From contig JBMTVN010000001.1 of NCBI GenBank assembly GCA_049451415.1, forward strand, positions 1 to 63,853: DNA of 63,853 nucleotides, in the 5' to 3' direction. The notes under the pieces are model-generated. The model did no database searches. It saw nothing but the letters and a program-made list of their open reading frames with translations, and was not told the DNA's origin. Every line of letters starts with the position of its first letter. Within the stretch, counting starts at the first letter, position 1. Origin of the DNA: Limisphaerales bacterium (GTDB taxonomy: Bacteria; Verrucomicrobiota; Verrucomicrobiia; Limisphaerales; JAHDYP01). The translations under genes were made by a program, and so were the position numbers. This document shows positions 46,771 through 56,158 of the stretch, piece by piece.

Positions 46771-48213
46771 ATGCATACCTTGTTGCTCATTGATGACGAA
46801 GCCGACGTGCAGTATTCGTTCAAAAGGATCTTCGACACCCCGAGCGTCCGCCTGCTTCCCGCCACCAGCGGAGAGGAGGGCCTGCATCTGTTGACGAAAG
46901 TCCAACCCGATGTCGTAATCATGGACATTCGGATGGGAGGCATGAGCGGACTGGAGACTCTTCGCAAGTTGCGGGAGATCGACGGCAAGATTCCCGTCAT
47001 CATGATGACGGCTTACGGCACGACGCGAACCGCGATCGAGGCCATGAAGCTCGGCGCTTTCGATTATCTTTTAAAGCCTTTTGAGATTGATCGCCTGAAG
47101 CAGGTGGTGAACTCAGCCCTGAAGGCCGCCGAGGATATGCGACAGGTGGTGTCCTACGAGCCCCTGCTGGAATCGGAAGACTATGACCTGGGGATCATTG
47201 GCCGCTCTGAGCCAATGCAGACTGTATTCAAGACTATCGGCCAGGTTGCAGGTTCCGATGCCACAGTCCTGATCACCGGAGAGAGCGGCACCGGCAAGGA
47301 ACTGGTCGCCCGGGCCATCTACCATCACAGCCAAAGAAGCGAACGCCCTTTCCTGGCAATCAATTGCGCTGCCATACCTGAGCAGCTGCTCGAGTCAGAA
47401 CTCTTCGGCCATGAAAAGGGGGCTTTCACTGGAGCCACCAGCCAGCGCATCGGCAAATTCGAACAATGCCACGGTGGAACCCTCTTCCTGGACGAGATCG
47501 GCGATATGTCGCCCTCTACCCAGACTAAGATCCTCCGCGTGCTGCAATCGGGTGTCTTCGAGAGGATCGGCGGCAACCAATCCATCCAGACTGATGTCCG
47601 GATTATTGCCGCCACCAACCGCCCCCTTGAGCAAGCCGTCGGGGAAAAAACCTTCCGCGAAGATCTCTTCTACAGACTGAATGTGGTGAGGATCCGCCTG
47701 CCGGCGCTCCGCGAACGCCCACAGGACATCGCCTTACTAGTGGACTACTTCCTGAAGAAGCAGGCACAGGCTGCCAAGTCCGCAGTGAGGAGTGTTTCCA
47801 CAGAGGCGATGCAAAAATTGATGGCGCATCCGTGGCCAGGGAACGTGCGCGAGCTCGAAAACGCCATCCACCGTGCTGTGGTTTTGTCAAAGGGCGATGT
47901 GGTGGGCATCTCAGACCTCCCGCCTGAGGTCTTGGGGGCGGTGGCTGACAAAGGGTCTGAGATCCTCACTCTGGAACCGGCATTGCAACAGCCCACCACA
48001 CCCGAACAGTTGGCCACAGCCCTGTTCGAGTGGGCTAAGACCCACCCCGACCTTCCCGTCATCCCAGCCGTCGAACGGGAGCTTATCCGTCAGGCCTTGC
48101 TGGAAACCCAAGGCAATCAGGTCAAGGCGGCCCGACTGCTGGGCATCACCCGCGCAACCTTGCGGAAGCGTATCGAACGCTTCCAACTGCGCCGCGAACT
48201 GGCCGTTAACTAA
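46771..48213 (+). CDS. Sigma54-dependent response regulator (NtrC/PilR-type enhancer-binding protein)
   Basis: Receiver domain (LLLIDDEADV, VVIMDIRMGGMSG), AAA+ domain (GESGTGKE, GAFTGA motif in EKGAFTGATS, ESELFGHE) and a C-terminal Fis-type HTH (NQVKAARLLGITRATLRKRI). Confidence 0.9.
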   Translation: MHTLLLIDDEADVQYSFKRIFDTPSVRLLPATSGEEGLHLLTKVQPDVVIMDIRMGGMSGLETLRKLREIDGKIPVIMMTAYGTTRTAIEAMKLGAFDYLLKPFEIDRLKQVVNSALKAAEDMRQVVSYEPLLESEDYDLGIIGRSEPMQTVFKTIGQVAGSDATVLITGESGTGKELVARAIYHHSQRSERPFLAINCAAIPEQLLESELFGHEKGAFTGATSQRIGKFEQCHGGTLFLDEIGDMSPSTQTKILRVLQSGVFERIGGNQSIQTDVRIIAATNRPLEQAVGEKTFREDLFYRLNVVRIRLPALRERPQDIALLVDYFLKKQAQAAKSAVRSVSTEAMQKLMAHPWPGNVRELENAIHRAVVLSKGDVVGISDLPPEVLGAVADKGSEILTLEPALQQPTTPEQLATALFEWAKTHPDLPVIPAVERELIRQALLETQGNQVKAARLLGITRATLRKRIERFQLRRELAVN

Positions 48214-48243
48214 AAAACCCACCCGTTGCCGGGTGGGTTTGTT
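48214..48243. terminator. Bidirectional intrinsic terminator between the convergent regulator and pilQ genes
   Basis: CCCACCCG (48218-48225) pairs with CGGGTGGG (48230-48237) across loop TTGC. An A6 run lies upstream and TTTGTT downstream. Confidence 0.75.
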
Positions 48244-48270
48244 GGACAGTAATACGACCGCAGGGTCTGC

Positions 48271-49806
48271 TTAATAGACGGGTTCGCCCCAATCGTAGGG
48301 CTCTACACCATCCCACGGCTCGTCAAAGCTACCCATATCCCTCGCATCCGGATCCTGCGGGACCGGCGTCTGCAGGAACGTGGATTCCGTAGGCGTGAAG
48401 TCGGCTTCCTGCACTACCGTCGGAGTCACAAAGATCAACAGGTTCCCCTTGCGGCGGGACTTGGATTTGTTGCCGAAGATATATTTCATCCCGGGCAGAT
48501 CGCCCAAAATCGGCACCTTGGTGCTGCTCTTACGGGTCGTATCCGACAGCAAGCCGCCAAGAACCAGCGTGTTGCCGCTGGGAATCATGACGGAAGTCGT
48601 GATCTTGCGGATCGAGAAGATATTCGCCGAATACTCCTCGCCGTTGAACACCTGCGTATCGACGCTCTCAATGTCCGAAACCTCAGGCACAACAGTCAGG
48701 GAAATCTGGTCGTTGGCCGAAATGCGCGGAGTCACTTCCAGGATGATACCCAGGTTGGTGTAGGTGATGTCCACCGCGTTACCCACCTGAGTGCCGCCTT
48801 GGGTTACCTTGAAGATCGGGACGGCACGCGTCACGAGCAAGGTCGCAGGCTCGTTGTCCGAAGTCACCGCGCGCGGGGTGGCCAGCGTCTCGGTCTCGCT
48901 ATCCTGATTGAAGAAGGAGAAAACCGCACGAGCACCATCCGCATTCAGGTAAGCCACCGGATGCTGGAAACCGCTGCGCAGGAAAGCCTGCAGCCCCGGA
49001 GTAATACCATCGGCAATCACCGTGTTTTGTGCACCACTGCCGGCGCCCGGAGTCTGGCCGGAGCTGGAAGAACTGCCACCTGAAGTCTGCATCGGGAAGC
49101 TGTTATTCCCTGCATAGATGTTCTGAGCCTGGAAGGTGCCGGCCCAGTTAATCCCCTTGACCGACTCCGGATTGCGGGTGGTTTCGAGGATGCGGGCCTC
49201 AATCAGCACCTGTCGAGTGGCTGTGTCCACCTTGTCGACCAAGTTGCTGATCGCCAGAATCTCCTTCTCGGTGGCCAGCACAATCAACTGGCTGGTACGA
49301 CCGTCAGGGATGGCTTGGCTGCGCCCTTCCATCGTGGGCTTGATGATCGAGACCAGGTTGGAAGGGTTGGTGTATTTGAGCTGGAAGATCTCCATCTGGA
49401 GAGGCTCGGCCGCAGCCGGGTCTTTCACGGTCACCCGTGAGATACCCGTGCGAGGATCGCGCTCCAGGCGAAGGTTGTTGTTATTGAGAGTAGCTTCGAG
49501 CACCGCTTCAGCCGTGACTTTCTCCAACCGGATAGAGACCAGCGGGTAGACTGACTGACCATCACTGCCCGGTGCCGTAACCCGCGGATCAAAAATGATG
49601 TTCAAGTCGGCCTGCCGGGCGAGAGTCTTGATGACATCCACCAAGGGAGCGTCATCGAATTGTACAAGGGGGAGCACCTCCGCTACACGAGCCGGACTGT
49701 CTTGAATCGGCGCACTGCTGTCCGTAGCGGGGTTTTCCTGGGCACGGCATAGGCCGATAGCCAGGGTCGCTCCGAAGCAGATTGCCACTGCGATTTTGGT
49801 CTTCAT
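48271..49806 (-). CDS. pilQ: Type IV pilus secretin PilQ
   Basis: Signal peptide and an N0-like domain (VQFDDAPLVDVIKTLARQADLNIIFDP). The secretin C-domain shows VPILGDLPGMKYIFGNKSKSRRKGNLLIFVTPTVV. Confidence 0.9.
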   Translation of the reverse strand: MKTKIAVAICFGATLAIGLCRAQENPATDSSAPIQDSPARVAEVLPLVQFDDAPLVDVIKTLARQADLNIIFDPRVTAPGSDGQSVYPLVSIRLEKVTAEAVLEATLNNNNLRLERDPRTGISRVTVKDPAAAEPLQMEIFQLKYTNPSNLVSIIKPTMEGRSQAIPDGRTSQLIVLATEKEILAISNLVDKVDTATRQVLIEARILETTRNPESVKGINWAGTFQAQNIYAGNNSFPMQTSGGSSSSSGQTPGAGSGAQNTVIADGITPGLQAFLRSGFQHPVAYLNADGARAVFSFFNQDSETETLATPRAVTSDNEPATLLVTRAVPIFKVTQGGTQVGNAVDITYTNLGIILEVTPRISANDQISLTVVPEVSDIESVDTQVFNGEEYSANIFSIRKITTSVMIPSGNTLVLGGLLSDTTRKSSTKVPILGDLPGMKYIFGNKSKSRRKGNLLIFVTPTVVQEADFTPTESTFLQTPVPQDPDARDMGSFDEPWDGVEPYDWGEPVY

Positions 49807-49901
49807 TCTTATGATCGTTAACGGGTTATGTATTACTGTTGAACCGACACTAGCAACTTCCGCGCCACACCACGCTCAGACTCCCTATATGACCTCGGCC
49901 A

Positions 49902-50447
49902 CTATTCCAACTGTTTCCGGTAGACGTTGGTCTTACCCACGACAACAAACTCAACCGAGTTCTCGTAGACCCGGAGCACCTTGAGCTTCAGCTGCCCCAA
50001 ATCATCCGGAAGCTTCACTGGAGCCTCATCTCCCTCCATAAACGTCTTGCCATTAATCAACGCCACCTTGGAACCCTCGAACCCCGTAATACCCCGAAGG
50101 GCAACATGCCGAGCTACCAGCTGCTCCTCCGGCACAACAGCCTGAACCGGACCGGTCTCCGCCCTCCCCCAGCGTCGACGTGATGTAGGGAAAAATGGGT
50201 CCTTCACATCCGCGCTCTCCTCGGTAATGAAGACCGACTTGGGAATGTCGAACTGGAACGGCTTGGAAGCCGGCGCACTTTCTTCAGCGACCTCCTGCTC
50301 ATCCGCAGAGGCAGCAGCCTCAGATTCATCGGCCGCTGCCGCTACATGGCCAGGGAAAGCCAGCGAACAGACGATCAGGCAACCGCACAGAGTGGTAGCA
50401 GTCCGGAACATAGCAGAAATCGAGAGGGGTATGAGGTAATCCTTCAT
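49902..50447 (-). CDS. PilP-like pilus assembly protein (tentative)
   Basis: 181 aa with a signal peptide and an acidic linker. The C-terminal beta domain is LRGITGFEGSKVALINGKTFMEGDEAPV...LKVLRVYENSVEFVV. The gene sits between pilO-like and pilQ, and its start overlaps the pilO-like stop. Confidence 0.5.
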   Translation of the reverse strand: MKDYLIPLSISAMFRTATTLCGCLIVCSLAFPGHVAAAADESEAAASADEQEVAEESAPASKPFQFDIPKSVFITEESADVKDPFFPTSRRRWGRAETGPVQAVVPEEQLVARHVALRGITGFEGSKVALINGKTFMEGDEAPVKLPDDLGQLKLKVLRVYENSVEFVVVGKTNVYRKQLE

Positions 50448-51082
50448 GGCACTTTGGCAGATGGCTGAGTCAGGGCAACCACATCGAATTTAAAGGAGAG
50501 CTTCTCACGAGACGGATCCGATTCCAATGTCGCTGCCTTCTTGCTACCGGAAGCAGAACTGTCCACCGAACTCAATGGAACGGGAATAGGCGCCACTTCC
50601 AGGTTCTGGGTCCTGAACATGGGGTAGGCATTCTCGAAAGTCGCAATAAATGCCCCGAATTGTTCGAAATAGCCCTCACCTGAGACTTTGAAGGCCAACG
50701 CCTTGTAAGGAAAATCCCCTATCATCTCCACGTCTTGGGCCGAGGGGGCATCCACCGACAATTGAAGTTCCGGGAAAGGTTCCTTAGCATCATTAATCAG
50801 GTCTCTAGCCCAGAGAAACGGGTCCTGATGGTCAGCCATGGTTGCTTCCAACCGGGCAAGTGAGTTGGACAGCTGGTTGGCCTCACTCTGAAGCGCGGCC
50901 ACCTTGCTCACATAGCTTTGCGCGTTCGCCAGCTTTTCCTTTGCCTCTTTGCTGAGCACGCCGTGACGATCAATCGCATTCCGCGTGCTCTGGATCAAAA
51001 GCTGCCAGATGACTGCACCCGCAGCCAGAGTCAGAATCACCGTCAATACAAGTTGGTTGCGCTTGTCCTTGGAGAGTTTCAT
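50444..51082 (-). CDS. pilO: PilO-like pilus assembly protein
   Basis: 212 aa. It has an N-terminal TM helix (LVLTVILTLAAGAVIWQLL), a coiled coil and an alpha/beta domain. The call rests on its position in the operon. Confidence 0.6.
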   Translation of the reverse strand: MKLSKDKRNQLVLTVILTLAAGAVIWQLLIQSTRNAIDRHGVLSKEAKEKLANAQSYVSKVAALQSEANQLSNSLARLEATMADHQDPFLWARDLINDAKEPFPELQLSVDAPSAQDVEMIGDFPYKALAFKVSGEGYFEQFGAFIATFENAYPMFRTQNLEVAPIPVPLSSVDSSASGSKKAATLESDPSREKLSFKFDVVALTQPSAKVP

Positions 51083-51085
51083 GTC

Positions 51086-51760
51086 CTAGCGCTCGCGTTC
51101 CTGAAACTTAAATTCGAGTACAAACTCCTGATAGGGTACGGACCCCGGGGTCAAATCCCGCATGACCGCCCCCATGGAAACAGTGCGCCCCACGGCGTTG
51201 TTCGTGCTGAAGAAAGGCTGCGCTGCTATGCGCTCCTGGCTGGGCTTCACTTGATCACCCGGATTAGGACTGACATCGACCATATCGACCATCACGGTGA
51301 TGGTTTCCTTGGAAATCGCCGGAATACGAGGTGATGTAATCACCCCCGCCTTGTTGGTGCGGGCAGCCACAGCCGGCGTCACGGCAAATTTCTGCAAGGT
51401 ATTCAGCCGACGCAGTTGAACCTGCGGTTGCGAAGCCATTTGCAAGGCGTTCAGGCAATTGCCCCAAAGAACCCGGGTAGAGGCGAGCTTCTGCAGGGAG
51501 TCCAGCCTGGCCGAGTACAGGGCAATGGCGGCTTCGTCAGCCAACGCCTGCTTATATCTGCCTTCAATCTGCTTGAATTGTGCCTGACTTGTCGTGGTCT
51601 GACGCCGCACCCCCATGAACTGGAACTGCAGGTAAGCCCCCCAAGCAAGCAGCATGGCCACCAGCCCCGCCGCTACATACGTAGCCCGCTTGACGGGGTC
51701 ACGACGGCGTTCCTCGTCCCGCACCTGCTGTTCCGCGAGAAAATTGATACGGATAGGCAT
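51086..51760 (-). CDS. pilN: PilN-like pilus assembly protein
   Basis: N-terminal IRINFLAEQ (an INLLP-like motif), then the TM helix YVAAGLVAMLLAWGAYLQF. It follows pilM by 4 nt. Confidence 0.7.
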   Translation of the reverse strand: MPIRINFLAEQQVRDEERRRDPVKRATYVAAGLVAMLLAWGAYLQFQFMGVRRQTTTSQAQFKQIEGRYKQALADEAAIALYSARLDSLQKLASTRVLWGNCLNALQMASQPQVQLRRLNTLQKFAVTPAVAARTNKAGVITSPRIPAISKETITVMVDMVDVSPNPGDQVKPSQERIAAQPFFSTNNAVGRTVSMGAVMRDLTPGSVPYQEFVLEFKFQERER

Positions 51761-51764
51761 AGGG

Positions 51765-52826
51765 CTAGATCATCGTTAAGGCAGCACCGATTGCCGTTCC
51801 AAGCAAAGCTGCTTCGGCTTCAAAATTCGCCATTTGCTGCGCAGGTAGCGCAGGAGTCAGCCCAGCGACCGGGTTCCACGCCACACAGGGCACCATGAGC
51901 TCGGATTGAAGCACCTCGAGGAAAAAATCTGAGCGCGCTGCCGCCCCCGAAACATAAACCTTACCCACAGTGCGATCCTGCTGGTGCTCAAAGAAGTCGA
52001 TTGAGGCCCGGAGCTCACGAGCCAGCGGCGAAAGCATGGGAATAAGAGTGCTTTCAACCTCATGAGCCAGACCAACCTTGATCCCCTCCGCCTCACTGTA
52101 GCTGGTGCCCAAGGCCTCAGCCAAACCCGTGGTCAACTTGTCACCCCCTACATTCACAACCCGACTAAGGATGATCTCCCCTTCCTGCAGGACGCAAATC
52201 GCCGAGTGCCGGAAGCCCAAGTCTACCATCGCAAAGGATTCCTTGCTGAAGACCTCGGGTTCCGCACTTTCAAAAGCGTTGACGGGGCAAATCAGCTCAG
52301 GGACTACGGCTTCAACCTGAAGCCCCGCACCCTTGGCCAAACCGATGCAGTCCTGCAGTATCGGGTTCTTGACCGCACCGACCAGCACCTTGGTCTTCTG
52401 TCCGGGTTTGGGCGGCTCACCCGAAGCACTGACCCGCGGAGGCCAAATATGACAATCAAAGGCCGAATCAGCCAAATCCTGCTGGAGATAGGATCGCGAA
52501 TTAAACCGTAGCATCGACCGCATATCCCCCACCGGAACCAGCGGCATTTCAGCCGGGCGCAACAACGAATCGGAAGCAGCAACCGTCATGACAACGGCCT
52601 TGGTCTTTGCAGAGAGCGCCGCGAGCAGCTTGGACATTTTGTCCTTGGGGTCCATCACCCCGCCATCCGCGCTTCCCTGCATGCATTCCAGTACAGCGTA
52701 ATTCGTGAGGGTGAAAGCTCCCCCCTTACACTGAATACAAGCTGCTTTGGCACTATGGGCCCCCAAATCGATGCCAATGATTTGGTCACGCCTCTTTGTA
52801 CCGCTTCCCAAGAACGGCAAAGCCAT
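51765..52826 (-). CDS. pilM: Type IV pilus assembly ATPase-fold protein PilM
   Basis: IGIDLGAHSAKAA, MVDLGFRHSAI and VYVSGAAARS show the actin-like fold. Length 353 aa. Confidence 0.88.
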   Translation of the reverse strand: MALPFLGSGTKRRDQIIGIDLGAHSAKAACIQCKGGAFTLTNYAVLECMQGSADGGVMDPKDKMSKLLAALSAKTKAVVMTVAASDSLLRPAEMPLVPVGDMRSMLRFNSRSYLQQDLADSAFDCHIWPPRVSASGEPPKPGQKTKVLVGAVKNPILQDCIGLAKGAGLQVEAVVPELICPVNAFESAEPEVFSKESFAMVDLGFRHSAICVLQEGEIILSRVVNVGGDKLTTGLAEALGTSYSEAEGIKVGLAHEVESTLIPMLSPLARELRASIDFFEHQQDRTVGKVYVSGAAARSDFFLEVLQSELMVPCVAWNPVAGLTPALPAQQMANFEAEAALLGTAIGAALTMI

Positions 52827-53130
52827 AGGTCAGTTTCTAATGCTTTCGCATTTCATTTGCAAGAATTACGTCCCCAGCCCGAATCGCTAACCCTCAGTCA
52901 GCAAGCAGCTTGCCTGCCGTTCGGTGAGTTCGGGCCTCCCGAAGCATCCTCCTGCTCACTTTCTGCGTTTTTACGCCCGGCTCTCAAGTTCCTCTTGGCA
53001 GCCTCGTTCGACGCTGGCAGATTTTCCCAACTGCAGTCGCGTTTGAGACTAGACAACGAGTGACCCGATGAGTCCAACGTTGGAACAGTCTATCGGCACC
53101 TAAGCCGCACGACTAAAGGCCCGGTGAGTC

Positions 53131-53205
53131 GCCAGTTTAGCTCAGTGGTAGAGCAACGGTTTTGTAAACCGTCGGTCGTCGGTTCGAGTCCGACAACTGG
53201 CTCCA
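53131..53205 (+). tRNA. tRNA-Thr (anticodon TGT), CCA encoded
   Basis: Cloverleaf read by eye: acceptor GCCAGTT/AACTGGC, D arm GCTC-AGTGGTA-GAGC, and anticodon arm ACGGT-TTTGTAA-ACCGT with TGT at 53163-53165. T arm GTCGG-TTCGAGT-CCGAC, discriminator T, then CCA. Confidence 0.9.
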
Positions 53206-53263
53206 GGCTCTGGATGGAGTTCCGGACAGCAGGGCCGGATAGCAATGGAGATCCCCAAAATTC

Positions 53264-54277
53264 ATGACTAAAGCCCTCATTACAGGCATCACTGGCCAGG
53301 ATGGCTCGTACCTCGCCGAACTCCTCCTCGGCAAGGGTTACGAAGTGCACGGCATAATCCGTCGTGCCAGCACCTTCAACACGGGTCGCTTGGATTCCAT
53401 CTACAAGGACCCTCATGTCGAGAAACGTCGCCTGATCCTGCACTATGGCGACATGAGCGATGCCAGTGCCCTGGCCCGCCTGATTGGCAAGATTCAGCCG
53501 GAAGAGATCTATAATCTGGCAGCCCAGAGCCATGTGCGGGTCAGCTTTGACGCTCCAGAATACACCACCGACATCACCGCCACCGGCGCGGTGCGCCTAC
53601 TGGAAGCGATCCGCGAGACCGGCATACAACCCCGCTTCTACCAGGCTTCCTCCAGCGAGATGTTCGGGCTGGTGCAGGAAACCCCGCAGTCGGAGAGAAC
53701 GCCATTTTATCCCCGCAGCCCTTACGCCTGCGCCAAGGTCTACGCGCACTGGATCACTGTCAACTACCGGGAGTCCTACGGTATGCATGCCAGTAATGGC
53801 ATCCTCTTCAACCACGAATCACCCCGCCGCGGCGAGACCTTCGTCACCCGCAAGATTACCCGGGCGGTAGCCCACATCCGCGCCGGCCTGCAGGACCACC
53901 TTTACCTCGGCAACCTCGACGCCCAGCGGGACTGGGGCTACGCCAAAGAATACGTGGAGGCCATGTGGCGCATGCTCCAACAAGACAAACCCGATGATTA
54001 TGTCATCGCCACCGGCGAGACTCACTCAGTGCGGGAATTCCTCGAAGTGGCCTTCTCTCATGCGGGACTGGACTGGCAGAAACACGTCAAGATCGACGCA
54101 CGCTACTACCGCCCGGCAGAGGTGGACCTACTGATTGGCGACGCCTCGAAAGCACGGAAGCAGCTGGGCTGGGAACCCCAAACCAAGTTCGACGGCTTGG
54201 CACGCCTCATGGTCGATGCCGACATCCGGCGCCTTGAGGACGAGCAGGCCGGGCGGGTACGGGTCTCGAACGCATAA
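53264..54277 (+). CDS. gmd: GDP-mannose 4,6-dehydratase
   Basis: [44 protein letters not shown] and [17 protein letters not shown]. Confidence 0.95.
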   Translation: MTKALITGITGQDGSYLAELLLGKGYEVHGIIRRASTFNTGRLDSIYKDPHVEKRRLILHYGDMSDASALARLIGKIQPEEIYNLAAQSHVRVSFDAPEYTTDITATGAVRLLEAIRETGIQPRFYQASSSEMFGLVQETPQSERTPFYPRSPYACAKVYAHWITVNYRESYGMHASNGILFNHESPRRGETFVTRKITRAVAHIRAGLQDHLYLGNLDAQRDWGYAKEYVEAMWRMLQQDKPDDYVIATGETHSVREFLEVAFSHAGLDWQKHVKIDARYYRPAEVDLLIGDASKARKQLGWEPQTKFDGLARLMVDADIRRLEDEQAGRVRVSNA

Positions 54278-54353
54278 GCAGAAGCGATCCGCAGCAGCTC
54301 AGCGGAGTCGGGCGCCAAGGGAACGGGAGTCAAGCTGAGCCAAGCCCATCGAC

Positions 54354-55292
54354 TCACATCTCCTGCCGCACAGCGTCGATGTACTCCCCGTAAACCCGGC
54401 GTATCCCCTCCTCCAAGCCGATCTCGGGTTTCCAGCCAAGTTCCCGGATCTTGCTGGAATCCAGAAGCTTGCGAGGGGTCCCATCGGGCTTGGAGTGATC
54501 CCATTCAACCTCACCCACAAAACCCACAACCTTCCGCACCAGCTCAGCCAACTCCGCAATCGTGACCTCCTGGCCCGAACCGATGTTGAGAATCGGCTCA
54601 TCGGAGTAGTGCTCCATGAGGAAAATGCAGGCGCGGGCCAGGTCGTCGGAGTGTAAAAACTCCCGTCGTGGAGTACCGGTGCCCCAGAGGACAACCCGCG
54701 AATCCCCACGCTGCTTCGCCTCATGAAAACGGCGAATCAAAGCCGGCAGCACATGGGACCCCTGCAGGTCATAGTTGTCGCCCGGGCCATACAGGTTGGT
54801 GGGCATCGCGGAAACAAAATCAGAACCGTATTGGCGTCGATAGGCCTGGCACAGTTTGATTCCGGCTATTTTAGCAATCGCATACCACTGGTTGGTTTCC
54901 TCCAACGGACCGGAAAGCAGCGCACTTTCCGGGATTGGCTGCGGTGACAAGCGGGGATAAATGCACGAACTACCCAAAAACAGTAACTTCTTCACTCCAT
55001 ACCGTTGGGACGCATGGATGAGATGATTCTGCAACTGAAGATTCTCATAGAGGAATTCAGCCGGCCGACTCCGATTCGCCTCAATCCCACCCACCTTAGC
55101 CGCCGCCACAAAAACATATTCCGGACGCTCCTCATCAAAAAACCGATCCACCGCCGCCGCATTCAAAAGATCCAACTCCTGCCGGGTCCTGCCGACTACA
55201 GACGGATAGCCCAACGCGTTTAGCAATCTGCATAACGCACCTCCCACCAAGCCCTTATGCCCTGCCACATAAATTTTGGAGTGAATGTCCAT
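54354..55292 (-). CDS. fcl: GDP-L-fucose synthase (GDP-4-keto-6-deoxymannose 3,5-epimerase/4-reductase)
   Basis: KIYVAGHKGLVGGAL, FLGSSCIYP, YAIAKIAG and PTNLYGPGDNY. Confidence 0.9.
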   Translation of the reverse strand: MDIHSKIYVAGHKGLVGGALCRLLNALGYPSVVGRTRQELDLLNAAAVDRFFDEERPEYVFVAAAKVGGIEANRSRPAEFLYENLQLQNHLIHASQRYGVKKLLFLGSSCIYPRLSPQPIPESALLSGPLEETNQWYAIAKIAGIKLCQAYRRQYGSDFVSAMPTNLYGPGDNYDLQGSHVLPALIRRFHEAKQRGDSRVVLWGTGTPRREFLHSDDLARACIFLMEHYSDEPILNIGSGQEVTIAELAELVRKVVGFVGEVEWDHSKPDGTPRKLLDSSKIRELGWKPEIGLEEGIRRVYGEYIDAVRQEM

Positions 55293-55378
55293 TCGTAAGT
55301 TCGAGGCATCCTAGACCGCCACCCCCCACGAGGTCCACCCCCACCAGGGCAAACACGAATCGGGTTACGCCATAAACT

Positions 55379-55439
55379 GGACACAAGGACGGTAAAGTGT
55401 CCGGTTTAAGACAGGAACAACAGCCCCCCGCGACTGTCT
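55379..55439 (+). promoter_or_regulatory. Cluster of four (C/G)TGTC half-sites (two inverted pairs): candidate enhancer-binding-protein site
   Basis: GGACAC (55379-55384) and GTGTCC (55397-55402) form one inverted pair. AGACAG (55409-55414) and CTGTCT (55434-55439) form a second. The cluster lies 38-98 nt upstream of the sigma54-type -24 element, in the fcl/pilin divergent spacer. Confidence 0.4.
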
Positions 55440-55476
55440 CACGGGAAAAAGCCTTGCTTTTCGTGCCTTTGAACTT

Positions 55477-55492
55477 TGGCATCATGCCTGCT
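55477..55492 (+). promoter_or_regulatory. Sigma54-type (-24/-12) promoter candidate upstream of the first pilin gene
   Basis: TGGCAT-CATGC-CTGCT compared with consensus TGGCAC-N5-TTGCW. The GG and GC dinucleotides have the canonical spacing. It lies 123 nt upstream of the pilin ATG at 55615. Confidence 0.5.
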
Positions 55493-55614
55493 TAACCGAG
55501 ACTTGCGGTTTGCAGAAGGCAATCAGTGAACAAAACCAGCAATATATGTAAATGCCTCCTGTCTGTGTTCACGCCGCAAACAAAAATAACAACAGCACAG
55601 CAATAAGGATCGAA

Positions 55615-56001
55615 ATGAAGAGCATCAAGAACCTCCGCAAGGGCTTCACCCTCGTCGAAATTATGATCGTGGTGGCCATCATCGGCCTCCTGGCCGCGAT
55701 CGCCATCCCGAACTTCGTTCGGGCTCGCGAAAGCGCCCAGACCAACTCCTGCATCAATAACCTCCGCCAGATTGACGGCGCCAAGCAGCAATGGGCGCTG
55801 GAAAATCGCGCCGCCAGCACGGCCACCGTTGCCGAAAGCGCCATCGCTCCTTACCTGGGCCGTGACGCAGCAGCCACCACCGTGGACATCGTTTGCCCGG
55901 CTGGCGGAACCTCCGCCACGTTCGCCACCAGCTACACGGTCAACACGGTGGACACCGCTCCGGTCTGCCAGATCAATGGTACCGACCACGTCCTGCCATA
56001 A
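55615..56001 (+). CDS. Type IV pilin / PulG-like pseudopilin (prepilin-type N-terminal cleavage/methylation domain)
   Basis: The ATG at 55615 gives MKSIKNLRKG|FTLVEIMIVVAIIGLLAAIAIPNFV (128 aa). There are four Cys in the C-terminal part. Confidence 0.85.
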   Translation: MKSIKNLRKGFTLVEIMIVVAIIGLLAAIAIPNFVRARESAQTNSCINNLRQIDGAKQQWALENRAASTATVAESAIAPYLGRDAAATTVDIVCPAGGTSATFATSYTVNTVDTAPVCQINGTDHVLP

Positions 56002-56029
56002 TGGTTTCTGAAGCGTAAATTCTCGCAAG

Positions 56030-56058
56030 AAGGGTCCGGGAACTCCCCGGACCCTTCC
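56030..56058 (+). terminator. Strong hairpin after pilin 1 (possible partial terminator or attenuator)
   Basis: A perfect 12-bp stem, GAAGGGTCCGGG/CCCGGACCCTTC, with loop AACTC. The tail CTCTT is only weakly T-rich. Confidence 0.45.
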
Positions 56059-56158
56059 TCTTGGTGGGCAGGCCGTACGCAGCCGGATTAAGGAGCGGAC
56101 TTGTCCGGATCGTGCGCAGGCTTGCCTAGGCGAGTCATTTGTAGTTAGAAAGGCCCCA

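Noticed and set aside
52857-52877. Sigma54-like element (CTGGGGACGTAATTCTTGCAA on the minus strand) upstream of pilM
   Set aside because: The GG-to-GC spacing is one nucleotide longer than the canonical -24/-12 spacing, which is normally strict. It is kept only as a note.
53090-53533. 147-aa minus-strand ORF overlapping tRNA-Thr and the gmd start
   Set aside because: It overlaps a well-formed tRNA and is antisense to gmd. It is spurious.
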